The notes under the pieces: generated by a model
The model's database searches: none
Seen by the model: the letters and a program-made list of their open reading frames with translations, nothing else
Told to the model about the DNA's origin: nothing
Made by a program: the position numbers and the translations under genes
Origin: Pseudomonadota bacterium
Lineage (GTDB): Bacteria; Bdellovibrionota_C; UBA2361; OMII01
DNA: 64,000 nucleotides
Direction: 5' to 3'
NCBI GenBank assembly: GCA_038134595.1
Contig: JAYPVM010000004.1
Coordinates: forward strand, 5,573-69,572
Shown here: piece by piece, positions 37,861 through 47,509 of the stretch
Layout: every line of letters starts with the position of its first letter
Numbering within the stretch: position 1 is the stretch's first letter

Positions 37861-38725
37861 GCCGCAAGAGGAGTTCTCTGCTGAGTATGTGGAGCAAGCG
37901 AGGAATAATCTTATTGCATGGTTTAAGCCGTACAGTGAGATCTGTGTGCTGGTTTCAGGCGGGATAGATTCTAGTCTGATAGCGCACGTGGCTGCTACCT
38001 ATAAAGACTCAAAGAGAGTTATTGCGATTACGGCCGACTCTGCCTCGATAGCAAGAGAGGAGCTTTCACATGTCAGCACGTTTATTAGAGGCTTGCAGAT
38101 AGAGCATCGAATCGTTGCAACAGATGAATTGGCAGACCCTCAGTATCGAGCTAATTCGGGAGACAGGTGTTATTACTGTAAGAAAGCTCTGTATCGAGTA
38201 GTCGACGATGTAGTAGCAACATATACCAATGCTGTCGTAGTTGATGGCACTAATGCAGATGATATGAGTGATCATCGACCGAGTTTGCCTGCGTCAAAAG
38301 AGCACGGAGTGCTTCATCCATACGTTGAACTCGGGTTTGGAAAGTTATTGATTCGAGAGGTTGCTAAGTTCTGTGGTATTTCTTTTTGGGACAAGCCATC
38401 GATGGCGTGTTTGGCGTCTCGGATTCAGGATAGTATCGAAGTTTCGACTGAAAATTTGCAGATGGTAGAACAAGCTGAAAGCGTACTGCGAGATATTGGA
38501 TATCACGATTTCCGAGTGCGGTATCATGAAAGTGGACAAGCCAAGCGATTGCAGAAGATTGCTCGTATTGAGCTGTCGAAAGAGGAGTTCAATAGATTTA
38601 TGCAGCGCTCCGATGCAGCGTCCCTTGTGGAGAGTTTGTGCAAGTTGGGATTTCATCATGTGACGCTTGATTTAGGGGGATATAAGCGAGGCGGACGAGC
38701 TCTTCGAGTTGTCCCATCACAATAG
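37829..38725 (+). CDS. larE: NPN sulfur insertase
   Basis: PP-loop SGGIDS, RCYYCK, DGTNADD, ACLASRI, VTLDLGGY. Confidence 0.93.
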   Translation: MVSVTLSKLSKPQEEFSAEYVEQARNNLIAWFKPYSEICVLVSGGIDSSLIAHVAATYKDSKRVIAITADSASIAREELSHVSTFIRGLQIEHRIVATDELADPQYRANSGDRCYYCKKALYRVVDDVVATYTNAVVVDGTNADDMSDHRPSLPASKEHGVLHPYVELGFGKLLIREVAKFCGISFWDKPSMACLASRIQDSIEVSTENLQMVEQAESVLRDIGYHDFRVRYHESGQAKRLQKIARIELSKEEFNRFMQRSDAASLVESLCKLGFHHVTLDLGGYKRGGRALRVVPSQ

Positions 38726-38814
38726 GATGTTTGAGGGGGGGTTGTGATCTTCTTACTCGTTCTATCGTATAATTGTGATCTGGCGACAAGTGTATTTGCA
38801 GTGGGTGATTTGAG

Positions 38815-39294
38815 ATGAAATATCAGGTTCGACAGCGTCTTGTTTCAGTTGGCGATGATTTTGATATTCGCGACGAACATGGCGATAAACTCTATTTTGT
38901 AGATGGCAAGGGCTTTACTTTTGGTAAGGATCTAGCCGTAAAAGACATGCGCAAAAATCGAGTCGCGCGGATACGACAGAAGCTATTTACTTTCGCACCG
39001 ACCTACACGATCTATATCCACGATACTCCAGTTGCCGTTATAAGTAAGAGACTATTCTCTTGGCGCACAAGATTCTTGATAGATGTAGATGGCACTAGTA
39101 ATTATGAAACAGTTGGTAACATGTTTCTCTATGACTATAAGATTTATCAAGATAAGCGTTGCGTTGCCCAGGTATCAAAGAAGTATTTCACATTTGCTGA
39201 TTCCTATGGCATCCACATAGAAGACGACGCTGACCAACTGCTCATGCTCACGATGGCGATCGTTATCGATATCGTCTTACACAAGGGTAAGTAA
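38815..39294 (+). CDS. LURP-one/scramblase-like protein
   Basis: SVGDDFDIRDEHG, VAQVSKKYFTFADSYGI. Confidence 0.85.
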   Translation: MKYQVRQRLVSVGDDFDIRDEHGDKLYFVDGKGFTFGKDLAVKDMRKNRVARIRQKLFTFAPTYTIYIHDTPVAVISKRLFSWRTRFLIDVDGTSNYETVGNMFLYDYKIYQDKRCVAQVSKKYFTFADSYGIHIEDDADQLLMLTMAIVIDIVLHKGK

Positions 39295-39372
39295 TAAACT
39301 CCCGAGCTAGTTACGTGACTCGTGCGAGTATTCGACTTCTTTGAAAGAGCAGAGCTCTCAAAGAGTGGAGCG

Positions 39373-40200
39373 TTATGTCCGTGTAGAAAATACTTGATAT
39401 AAGGCGACACTAAGTGCGCACGACACATTGAGCGAAGACGCCCAGCCGTCCATGGGAATTGATAAGACCGTGTCGCACAGACTAAGTAGGTTGGTACTTA
39501 AACCGTACGTTTCGTTTCCTGCTAGTAGGATGACTGGTCGGTTGAGTGATTTAAAATTGACGAGGGTCTCTTTTGCTTTGGCGCTCGTCCCGACCACCAC
39601 TAGAGTCGGATGTGTTTGCCGTAGTTGAGTTATCCAATCGGCAAGTTCTTGGAACGCAGGTACCCGAATTACAGTCTGCGAAAATAAGGTACCAAGACTA
39701 CTACGAACAGTAACAGGGTCGTATATATCTGCCGAATGCCCTGTTACTATGATACCATCTGTTCCAAATGCGTCACACGAACGAATAGAAGAACCTAAGT
39801 TACCCGGGCTTGAAGGTCGATCGAATATAGTAATTAGAAATTTCTCAGGGGTGGCAATAGAACCGATGTGATCGGGGCGCATACGTGCAGTACATATAAT
39901 CTCGGAGGTGTCTTCTTTATCACTTAATTCTTCCATCAAATCAGGAGCAAGGACATAGTGACTACAGGTACACTGCTCGATGATATTTGTAGCCCACGAA
40001 GATTTTTTTTCTTGTGCAGGATCCGTATAGTAAACTCCGGTGATCTCCCATTTATGGGCCACAATGCTGTCAATGAGTTTCACGCCTTCGACCAAGAATT
40101 CTTGATACTTGAATCTCTTTTTTCGGTTATTCTTGAGAACCTCAGCATGCTGAAAGTGGTTATCCCGATTACTAACGAAGATTCTCTTGGACAAAGTCAT
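39373..40200 (-). CDS. TrmH-family RNA methyltransferase
   Basis: PGNLGSSIRS, GNETYGLS, SSLNVS. Confidence 0.9.
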   Translation of the reverse strand: MTLSKRIFVSNRDNHFQHAEVLKNNRKKRFKYQEFLVEGVKLIDSIVAHKWEITGVYYTDPAQEKKSSWATNIIEQCTCSHYVLAPDLMEELSDKEDTSEIICTARMRPDHIGSIATPEKFLITIFDRPSSPGNLGSSIRSCDAFGTDGIIVTGHSADIYDPVTVRSSLGTLFSQTVIRVPAFQELADWITQLRQTHPTLVVVGTSAKAKETLVNFKSLNRPVILLAGNETYGLSTNLLSLCDTVLSIPMDGWASSLNVSCALSVALYQVFSTRT

Positions 40201-40292
40201 TACCTTTTATTCAGACATAGTTCGAGCGCCACTACTTGTTCAGACAGATGACAGTAGCTGGCGATATACGGGATTCTACTGCGCCCTACCGT

Positions 40293-41054
40293 TTAGGCAA
40301 GCCTACCGATATCGCGGATGTCTATCCGTGTAAGACTCACATTTCCGCTTTTCAGGATACCGATATCTGATTTTTCATTGCTGTCAAATGGAACCGCATG
40401 TATGCGATGGTTGTAATGACTGCCGTTTTTTTCGAAGAGAGAGCCATACATGGCGTGTCCAAGGGATGCATCGACAACTTTATGATCGTTATTGAGCTGA
40501 TATGGAATATTAGCACTCCATGTAACAGGAGCTGTTGTCCGATTTGGCACTACGTTCTCAAAGATCTGATGCAAGACAGCTCTATTCTGTTGTTCGATAT
40601 GCGAGATTACAGATTGTTCAAACTTTTTGTGTGAATCCCACTGCTCTCGCTTAATATTTCGCGGAAATTCTTGTGATAGCGCCAGTGCTGGAAGCCCGGC
40701 GATATTCGCCTCGAGACAGGCTCCTACCGTGCCCGATGAAAGCATGAATCCGAGTCCGGTGTTAAGCCCAATATTTATACCCGAAACGACAAGGTCTGGC
40801 TTTGAAGAGCTGGCGTGATATATTCCCCAATTTGTCGCATCAGCCGGAGTGCCATCAATGCAGAAAGCTTGATGTCCCTCAAAATCCATTTCCTCAATAA
40901 GGACTGGATCGTGAGCCGTAATGCTTTTTCCTCTCCAACTTTGTTCATATTTGGGCACAACAATTGATAAGGTTCCCAAGGGCTGGAGGAACTGCACGAG
41001 CATGGAGAAGAGAGGTGACGTGAAGCTATCATCATTGGTAACGAGAATCTTCAT
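40293..41054 (-). CDS. surE: 5'/3'-nucleotidase SurE
   Basis: ILVTNDD, GTPAD, DLVVSGINIGLN, SGTVGA. Confidence 0.93.
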   Translation of the reverse strand: MKILVTNDDSFTSPLFSMLVQFLQPLGTLSIVVPKYEQSWRGKSITAHDPVLIEEMDFEGHQAFCIDGTPADATNWGIYHASSSKPDLVVSGINIGLNTGLGFMLSSGTVGACLEANIAGLPALALSQEFPRNIKREQWDSHKKFEQSVISHIEQQNRAVLHQIFENVVPNRTTAPVTWSANIPYQLNNDHKVVDASLGHAMYGSLFEKNGSHYNHRIHAVPFDSNEKSDIGILKSGNVSLTRIDIRDIGRLA

Positions 41055-41084
41055 AAATTACTATCACTCATACAAAAAATAGAC

Positions 41085-41564
41085 TTACTCACCTTCGGGT
41101 AAGAATCCTAGATCTTGGAGCAACGCAGTACGCTCTGGATCAGAGCTAGCATCATTATCATGCCAGAGAGGAAAGCCGGCCTCGTTGCGAGCAATGAGTG
41201 TAAGAATCTTTTCCTCAGAGCCTGGCGGATGCAAAGTCGGCATATGAGGCCCCTGCGCTGACGAATCGGTAGGATTAGTCAGCACGGAGTAAATATCATC
41301 TGGATTAAGAGAGCGTAGTAGAGAGTCGTGCTCACGCAGAAATGAATTGCATGAGGCCTTGATATGCGCGATTCTGGATCGAGGCATCACCTCAGCTAAT
41401 TCACGGCGCATTGTATCCTCAAATTGTCGACATAAAATATCCGAAATAGTAGATAGATAACAAGCAGTATGGATAGTCGTCAGGGAACGGGCAATTTCCG
41501 CTTCTACGGGACGGTGAAAGGACCTCTCTCTCTCCGTGGGGTCGGTAGTATTAGGTTGATTCAT
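41085..41564 (-). CDS. Hypothetical protein
   Basis: SD GAGG; C-terminal PTLHPPGSEEKI...GFPLWHDND motif. Confidence 0.7.
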   Translation of the reverse strand: MNQPNTTDPTERERSFHRPVEAEIARSLTTIHTACYLSTISDILCRQFEDTMRRELAEVMPRSRIAHIKASCNSFLREHDSLLRSLNPDDIYSVLTNPTDSSAQGPHMPTLHPPGSEEKILTLIARNEAGFPLWHDNDASSDPERTALLQDLGFLPEGE

Positions 41565-41780
41565 AATTTGGGAACCTCTTTAGTAATGTGCTTTATCATG
41601 GTCTCATGCGCATGTGTGCAGTGCATCGTTCTGTTTTGCTAGTATATGATAGCCGCTTGTGGGTAGCTAGTCTTTTGCCCATCGGTCTAAATCAAATTCC
41701 CATAAAAACGGACACGTTTTAGTTGTTCTTTGCCGGAAAAGACCTTTACCGCCAATACATATCTCAATATCCTCTCAAGT

Positions 41781-42683
41781 ATGAAGCACGTAGTTGGAGC
41801 GATTGAGGCTGGCGGAACAAAGTTTAACTGTGCCGTGGTGACGGAGCAGAGGGAGGTTCTTGCGGAAGCACGTATTGCCACCACGACTCCAGAGCAAACT
41901 CTACGAGAGGCTCGTGCCTTTTTTGAATCCTCTTTCCACGCGCTATCAGCGTTGGGAATTAGTTGCTTTGGTCCGATTGATCTGGACATCTCTTCGCCTA
42001 CCTATGGTTACATCACTGAAACTCCCAAGTCGGGTTGGCGGAATACAGATGTCATTGGAGCATTCAAGCAGATGGATATTCCTGTCGCCTTTGACACCGA
42101 TGTAAATGGCGCTGCATTTGGAGAACATAAGTTTGGTGCTGCACAAGACCTTCATACCTTTGCTTACTATACCATTGGGACAGGCATAGGTGGAGGTGGC
42201 ATGTTTGCCGGTCAGTTATTACACGGTTTGACGCATCCGGAGATGGGACATGTTTTCTTGCCCCAACGAGATGATGATAGGTCGTTTGAGGGGATCTGTC
42301 CTTATCATGCAGGATGCCTTGAGGGATTGGCATCAGGGCCAGCATTGCAGAAACGGTGGGGAACTACCGCGGAAAATTTGCCTGAAGATCATCCAGCATG
42401 GGATTTAGAGGCACATTATATTGCACTAGCATTGGTCAATACGATTTGCACCATATCGCCACAGCGAATAATTCTTGGCGGAGGAGTTATGAGCCAAGGT
42501 GTTCTATTCCCGTTGGTGCGTCAGAAAGTATTGAGTCTCCTAAATGGCTATATCCATCATCCTACGTTGGTACAGGAGATGAATTCATTTATCGTTCCAC
42601 CAGCCCTTGAGAATCGCTCAGCGATTTTTGGTGCGGCAGCAATGGCGCTTACGAGTACCGATTGCGATAAACGATTTCTCTAG
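41781..42683 (+). CDS. ROK-family fructokinase
   Basis: IEAGGTKF, TDVNGAA, TIGTGIGGG, HPEMGH, CPYHAGCLEG. Confidence 0.93.
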   Translation: MKHVVGAIEAGGTKFNCAVVTEQREVLAEARIATTTPEQTLREARAFFESSFHALSALGISCFGPIDLDISSPTYGYITETPKSGWRNTDVIGAFKQMDIPVAFDTDVNGAAFGEHKFGAAQDLHTFAYYTIGTGIGGGGMFAGQLLHGLTHPEMGHVFLPQRDDDRSFEGICPYHAGCLEGLASGPALQKRWGTTAENLPEDHPAWDLEAHYIALALVNTICTISPQRIILGGGVMSQGVLFPLVRQKVLSLLNGYIHHPTLVQEMNSFIVPPALENRSAIFGAAAMALTSTDCDKRFL

Positions 42684-43720
42684 CTTGCACCAGCCAGTGT
42701 GCCACACGCTGCTGCGATATCCGACCCACCAGAGTATCGGCGCGCAATTGGTTGCTTCAAATAGAACGCCAGCGCATCTCTAAAAACTTGTAATTCCTGC
42801 CGAGTCGGGGGAGCGTACCGCTTGGTATTGTCTGTAACGTCAATTAGGTCGATTCTAACAGGAATATCGCCGATTAATTTTGCGAGTTCTTGAGCATCTT
42901 GTTCACTCACGTTTTCGCCGCTGATACAAACGTAGCTAAGATTAATTCTTGTTTTTCTGACTTTGGTGTATCGACGAGCCTCCTCGATAATATCTCTGAT
43001 TGGAAATTGTGCCGCGACTGGAACTAGTCGAGCTCGTTTCTTATCACACGCTGCGCCTAAACTGATAGAGAGGCGAAATGGAAGGTTCATGTCGGTAAAT
43101 TGCCGAATTCGTGGGAGGATTCCGACGGTGCTTATTGTGATTGCCTTTCCACTGATTGCATTTTGTAAGGGGTGCCGCATCCAATCTGCGGCCTGTATAA
43201 CTCGAGAAAAGTTAAGAAATGGCTCGCCCATACCCATGAATACCGCTCCCGTAATAGTGCGGCCCTGTTGCTGTGCGATACGACGAGCGTGTATGAGCTG
43301 ATCGATAATCTCCCACGCGTGAAGGTTTCTTCTGCTTGTCATACGAGCAGTAGCGCAGAATCTACATCCCATTGTACAACCTACCTGCGATGAGACGCAG
43401 ACACTTACGCTGTCTTTTTTGTGAAGAGGAATTAAGACTGTCTCTATTGATAGATCGTCATTGGTCTTCAATACCAATTTCTCAAAGCCATCTACCGATG
43501 AGCGAACGTGTTGGCTTACTGCGAGCGATAGGGGCGTGGCGATATGCGAGGCGAGTTGCTTTGGGAGCTGAGCTTCATATCTAATCGCTTCGGGATCGTA
43601 GATGCCTTTGCCGATTACAGCGCTTGCCCATCGCCGCGCTGTACTAGAAGAGATGCCCCGTTGAAGAGCTTGAGCATAAAAATCATTTGGAGGAAGGTTC
43701 CTGGGGTCAAGCGAATCCAT
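42680..43720 (-). CDS. RlmN/Cfr-family radical SAM RNA methyltransferase
   Basis: CVSSQVGCTMGCRFC, MGMGEP, AACG; start uncertain. Confidence 0.88.
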   Translation of the reverse strand: MDSLDPRNLPPNDFYAQALQRGISSSTARRWASAVIGKGIYDPEAIRYEAQLPKQLASHIATPLSLAVSQHVRSSVDGFEKLVLKTNDDLSIETVLIPLHKKDSVSVCVSSQVGCTMGCRFCATARMTSRRNLHAWEIIDQLIHARRIAQQQGRTITGAVFMGMGEPFLNFSRVIQAADWMRHPLQNAISGKAITISTVGILPRIRQFTDMNLPFRLSISLGAACDKKRARLVPVAAQFPIRDIIEEARRYTKVRKTRINLSYVCISGENVSEQDAQELAKLIGDIPVRIDLIDVTDNTKRYAPPTRQELQVFRDALAFYLKQPIARRYSGGSDIAAACGTLAGAS

Positions 43721-43891
43721 TGACGAAAAACTGCTTTCGTATGGATGGGGTATTGTTATAGTTCGGAGGATGTTGTTATCTGTTGCCATAAAAAATCTTG
43801 GGGGAAGTTTGACAGAAAATGGCTGAAAAGAGCAAATATGTTGCAATGACCTTTTTTTCGCAGTCATGATAGCAGAAACGGGAGATAAGAC

Positions 43892-44278
43892 ATGAGTTCT
43901 CAGATAGTTACAAAGTCAGTTGAAGTCGTTTGTGGACAAGAACGAAAAGGTGGCACAATTGCGGTAACCGAATTTGATTCAAAAGAACGGAGCAAACGAG
44001 CGGCTAAGATTGGAATGATATGTCTTGTAAGTCTTGGGATAAGTGTTTTTATTCCGGGCGCTCATTTTGTGCTTGTGCCACTGCTGATTGTTGTAACTCC
44101 GTTTTTGATATTTCGTGCGTATAATGTTGGCAGTGCGATTACCGATATGTCGATTGTGTGTGCACAGTGTGGTGGAGAGGTGAGCGCTGTTTCAACAAGA
44201 GAGCGATATCCTCTCTATGAGACGTGCGTTGTGTGCCATCGTGAAAATCGCATAGTCCTTTCTCCTGTCTCGAATTAG
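43892..44278 (+). CDS. Two-TM protein with C-terminal zinc ribbon
   Basis: SD GGAG; IPGAHFVLVP; CAQC...CVVC. Confidence 0.7.
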   Translation: MSSQIVTKSVEVVCGQERKGGTIAVTEFDSKERSKRAAKIGMICLVSLGISVFIPGAHFVLVPLLIVVTPFLIFRAYNVGSAITDMSIVCAQCGGEVSAVSTRERYPLYETCVVCHRENRIVLSPVSN

Positions 44279-44400
44279 GATAAGCCTGCGTTAGCGAGTT
44301 TATCTGGCTGACGAGGCATAAAGGAACATGATTACTCGTTTGTTATCTCCGTAATTACTGTGACCTTACTCATGGGAGTTCCTCTGAGGACTCTTTACTA

Positions 44401-44457
44401 TCGTTTTTGTGTTTCCTTGGGGATAAACCCTAAGGTCAGAGAAAAACGGAGGACACA
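44401..44457 (+). promoter_or_regulatory. Candidate RNA thermometer
   Basis: TCGTTTTT pairs AAAAACGG, overlapping SD GGAGG; inner CCTTGGGG/CCCTAAGG. Confidence 0.4.
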
Positions 44458-44991
44458 ATGTTTCGAAGTAATTATCCATTACGTAGTAGTCGTTTATTTG
44501 GAGAGGATTTGCCTGCTGCACCACGGTCGTTGCAGAAGGCAATTGATTCAGTTCTACAAGATATGTGGGAGCCCTATTTTACATCGAGTAAGTTTACTTT
44601 TACTCCGCAGATTGATGTCGAAGAGGATGAAAAGCAGGTTCGTATCGTAGCAGAACTTCCTGGGATGCAAGAGCAGGATATTGAGATTGTGTATGAGCCA
44701 GGCTCACTCGTCCTTCGAGGAGAAAAGAAAGAAGAGGAACATCTTGAATACCCGCGCGGTAGAGGTCGATACGATGAGCGCAGGTACGGTGCGTTTGAAC
44801 GTCGGATACCACTTCGTGCTGAGGTAGAAGAAGAAGAAATTCAAGCCAATTTTGACCGTGGAGTTCTGATTATTACATTACCAAAGACAGAGGAAGTACG
44901 AGCGCAGGCGAAAAAGATCCCTGTACAACTTGGGAAGTCACAGGGACAGATCGAATCGAGCCGCTCTCGACAATCGAGTGCAACGCACTAG
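44458..44991 (+). CDS. Hsp20/alpha-crystallin small heat-shock protein
   Basis: AELPGM, ERRYGAFERRI, ANFDRGVLIITLPK. Confidence 0.95.
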   Translation: MFRSNYPLRSSRLFGEDLPAAPRSLQKAIDSVLQDMWEPYFTSSKFTFTPQIDVEEDEKQVRIVAELPGMQEQDIEIVYEPGSLVLRGEKKEEEHLEYPRGRGRYDERRYGAFERRIPLRAEVEEEEIQANFDRGVLIITLPKTEEVRAQAKKIPVQLGKSQGQIESSRSRQSSATH

Positions 44992-45054
44992 AATAGAAAC
45001 ATTCACGACAGATTTTCGTTGCTTTGTAACGTCGTGACCACTATTACCAGAGGT

Positions 45055-45101
45055 AGTTCTCCGGGAACTCTCGAAAAAATTTGGGAGCCGGAGAACTTTT
45101 T
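45055..45101 (+). terminator. Hairpin terminator after hsp20
   Basis: AGTTCTCCGG...CCGGAGAACT followed by TTTT. Confidence 0.6.
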
Positions 45102-45211
45102 AGTGGGCAAGAATCTACCATGAAAGAAATATGTGGATTGCTGTCCTGTGTGACATAAAAGTAAGGGTCGCCTGATTATGAAAATGGCATCTCTCTCGCC
45201 AAACTGGCCCT

Positions 45212-46258
45212 CTAGGTTCGTTTCCGCCATATCCATAGTAAGCGCTCTGAAGTAGCTAGCACGATTGGCCCGAGGATTACTCCAGACGCACCTACAGTTA
45301 ACATGCCTCCAAAGAGAAAGAGGAAAAGTATCAGCGGATGATAGTGAATTTTTTTTCCGACTAGCCAAGGATAAATGATATTGTCAGAGAGTCCAATAAT
45401 GATACTGCCCCAACCGATTGCGAACACTCCGCGGATCCAACTTCCCTGAAGTAGAAGAAATATAGCCAGAGGAAGCCACACTATAAAGGTTCCCAGGTAG
45501 GGAACGAGAGCAAGAAGAGTCATAATGACCGTCCAGATAAGGATATTGTGAATCTCCAACCACCAGAGGAGTGCGGCACCTAAAGCCCCTTGTAGGAGAG
45601 CAATGGCAATTATACCAAAGATAACGCCATGTATAGTGTCAAGAATTCGTCGTAACACTGCGTCGGTTTCACGTGCAGAAAGGGGTATGAGAGACCGAAG
45701 CCCACGCAAGAAAGCAGAGCCGTCTCGAAGCGAAAAAAATACCACGGCTAAGGTAAGGAGTGTGTTGAAGATGCTTTTGATTGAGGAGCGGACGATATGT
45801 TGCGCCTGATTTTCCATAAAAAGAGAGATTTTCGTGAGGATAGCATCGAGAGGGAGGATGTGGAGCGCGCGCTCGGCGAAAGACGTTGTCTCCGGATGGT
45901 TCTTTAGAAAGTTGTTCCAAAGGGATTCAACTGACGCTGGACTCACTGAGCGCAATCCCTCTATTGCAGTTGATATAAGGAGATGAGTCGCCCATACAGT
46001 TGGAATGATAACGCCGATTCCCAATACAAACGTAAAGATCAGAGAGACAGTAGTTCGGTTGGGCGCACGTCGAAGAATCCGACGGTAGAGTGGTTGTATT
46101 GTTATGGCAAGGGCAATGCCCCATGTGATCGGAGCGATAAATTTGTAGAGAATGATAGCCGATCCTGTGAGTGTGCAGGTGGTAATCAATGCAAGAGCCC
46201 ATTGCCTAAACCACGTGAGGGGAAGGAGGTCATGTGAATTAGAGGAGTTTTTTGCCAT
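45212..46258 (-). CDS. AI-2E family transporter
   Basis: Multi-TM; LVPYLGTFIVWLP, SDNIIYP, GVILGP. Confidence 0.9.
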   Translation of the reverse strand: MAKNSSNSHDLLPLTWFRQWALALITTCTLTGSAIILYKFIAPITWGIALAITIQPLYRRILRRAPNRTTVSLIFTFVLGIGVIIPTVWATHLLISTAIEGLRSVSPASVESLWNNFLKNHPETTSFAERALHILPLDAILTKISLFMENQAQHIVRSSIKSIFNTLLTLAVVFFSLRDGSAFLRGLRSLIPLSARETDAVLRRILDTIHGVIFGIIAIALLQGALGAALLWWLEIHNILIWTVIMTLLALVPYLGTFIVWLPLAIFLLLQGSWIRGVFAIGWGSIIIGLSDNIIYPWLVGKKIHYHPLILFLFLFGGMLTVGASGVILGPIVLATSERLLWIWRKRT

Positions 46259-46273
46259 GACTAGTGTAGAAAC

Positions 46274-46308
46274 AAAAAAACCTGGATGCAGATTAACTGC
46301 ATCCAGGT
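46274..46308 (-). terminator. Intrinsic terminator
   Basis: CCTGGATGCAG-N5-CTGCATCCAGG followed by U7 on the - strand. Confidence 0.9.
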
Positions 46309-46495
46309 CCGCGACGTTGTTTATGCGACATGAGCGCCCAAATGCCTTAAAGACTCCTTTCGTGAGTTACCTTTAAGGGAGATGAGCACCAAGGGGTCTG
46401 AAAACTATTGCTCTCAGTCTTTGGTATGAGAGGGGTCTCCCCCACCATTTTTCACGTCTCCCGGTTCATCGCAAGCGCTTTGTGCTTGTGTATGC
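46274..46495 (-). ncRNA. Candidate structured RNA or attenuator leader
   Basis: Lies between a sigma54-like motif and a terminator; nested stems GUGCUCA/UGGGCGC, CCUUAAAG/CUUUAAGG, ACUC/GAGU; also CUCUCA/UGAGAG. Confidence 0.5.
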
Positions 46496-46505
46496 CGGTT
46501 ACATA

Positions 46506-46522
46506 AGCAACGTACAAACCAA
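46506..46522 (-). promoter_or_regulatory. Sigma54-like -24/-12 promoter
   Basis: TTGGTTTGTACGTTGCT, exact GG-N10-GC. Confidence 0.5.
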
Positions 46523-46618
46523 TAGTAGCAGTGCGTCTACGAAGGTGCGCTGACGGCGGACAGCCTATAAGAGGATCCTAAAAAGAACTGATGATGCCGA
46601 CCAGAGGGTCGAGACGGC

Positions 46619-47509
46619 TTACGACAATTTTCCTGCAGCCGCGTACACTCGCTCCGGAGGAGTTCGAAGGTTCCAAACCAATCCGAACCAAGAGAGAACA
46701 ACAAGAATGTAATGTGAAATATCTATCTCCCACCAGTAAAATCCCTGCCGCTCTGAGCCTGGATAGTAGTGGTGGTTGTTGTGCCATCCCTCACCTAAAG
46801 TGATCAACGCAAGAAACCAATGATTCTTACTGCAATCGGTGGATGGAAATCGACGCTTGCCGATAAGGTGGGTAAAAGAGTTAATACAAAACGTGCCGTG
46901 ATACAAAAGAACAGTGCTAATAAAAAATCCCCACGTGAGCATTTGCAAGCCATTTGTTTCCAAAGAGGGGTAAGCATACTCAAGCCATACACCGAGGAAA
47001 AAGCAAGCCGCCCCCAGTAAAATAGGAGGCACGACGTTGAATCGCTCCAGAAGTTTTAATTCAGGAAATTTCACTAGGTCTTTTACGAGCTCAAGACGGG
47101 GCTCAAGAAATTGAGAGCTAAGCACCCAGCCAACATGTGCAAAGTAAATTCCATGGACGATCGGAGAATGAATGTCTTCGGGAGTATCGGAGTGTCGATG
47201 GTGGTGCCGATGGTGAGACGCCCACCAGATGGGACCTTTTTGTGCCGCGGTGGTTCCGAGGAATGCCAATAGAAACTGAAAGACTCGACTTGTCTCATAC
47301 GAACGATGAGAAAAGTATCGGTGATAGACGCCGGTAATTGCAAACATGCGGATAACGTAAAGCGCAAGACATACCGCCACAGCGACCCAGCTAATCCCCA
47401 CCCAGAGAGCACTCAAGCATGCAAGGTGAACAGCCCAGAAAACACCTTGCTTAAAGATGTTCATGAATGAGAAATTTTCTTTCGAGGTGTCGACATCTGC
47501 GTGATACAT
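46619..47509 (-). CDS. Acyl-CoA (delta-9 type) desaturase
   Basis: His boxes HRYFSH, HRHHH, HNNHH. Confidence 0.95.
   Translation of the reverse strand: MYHADVDTSKENFSFMNIFKQGVFWAVHLACLSALWVGISWVAVAVCLALYVIRMFAITGVYHRYFSHRSYETSRVFQFLLAFLGTTAAQKGPIWWASHHRHHHRHSDTPEDIHSPIVHGIYFAHVGWVLSSQFLEPRLELVKDLVKFPELKLLERFNVVPPILLGAACFFLGVWLEYAYPSLETNGLQMLTWGFFISTVLLYHGTFCINSFTHLIGKRRFPSTDCSKNHWFLALITLGEGWHNNHHYYPGSERQGFYWWEIDISHYILVVLSWFGLVWNLRTPPERVYAAAGKLS

Noticed and set aside
46345..46380. c-di-GMP-I (GEMM) riboswitch
   Set aside because: GAAA-containing stem is present, but the following ACGCAAAGC and second conserved stem are not
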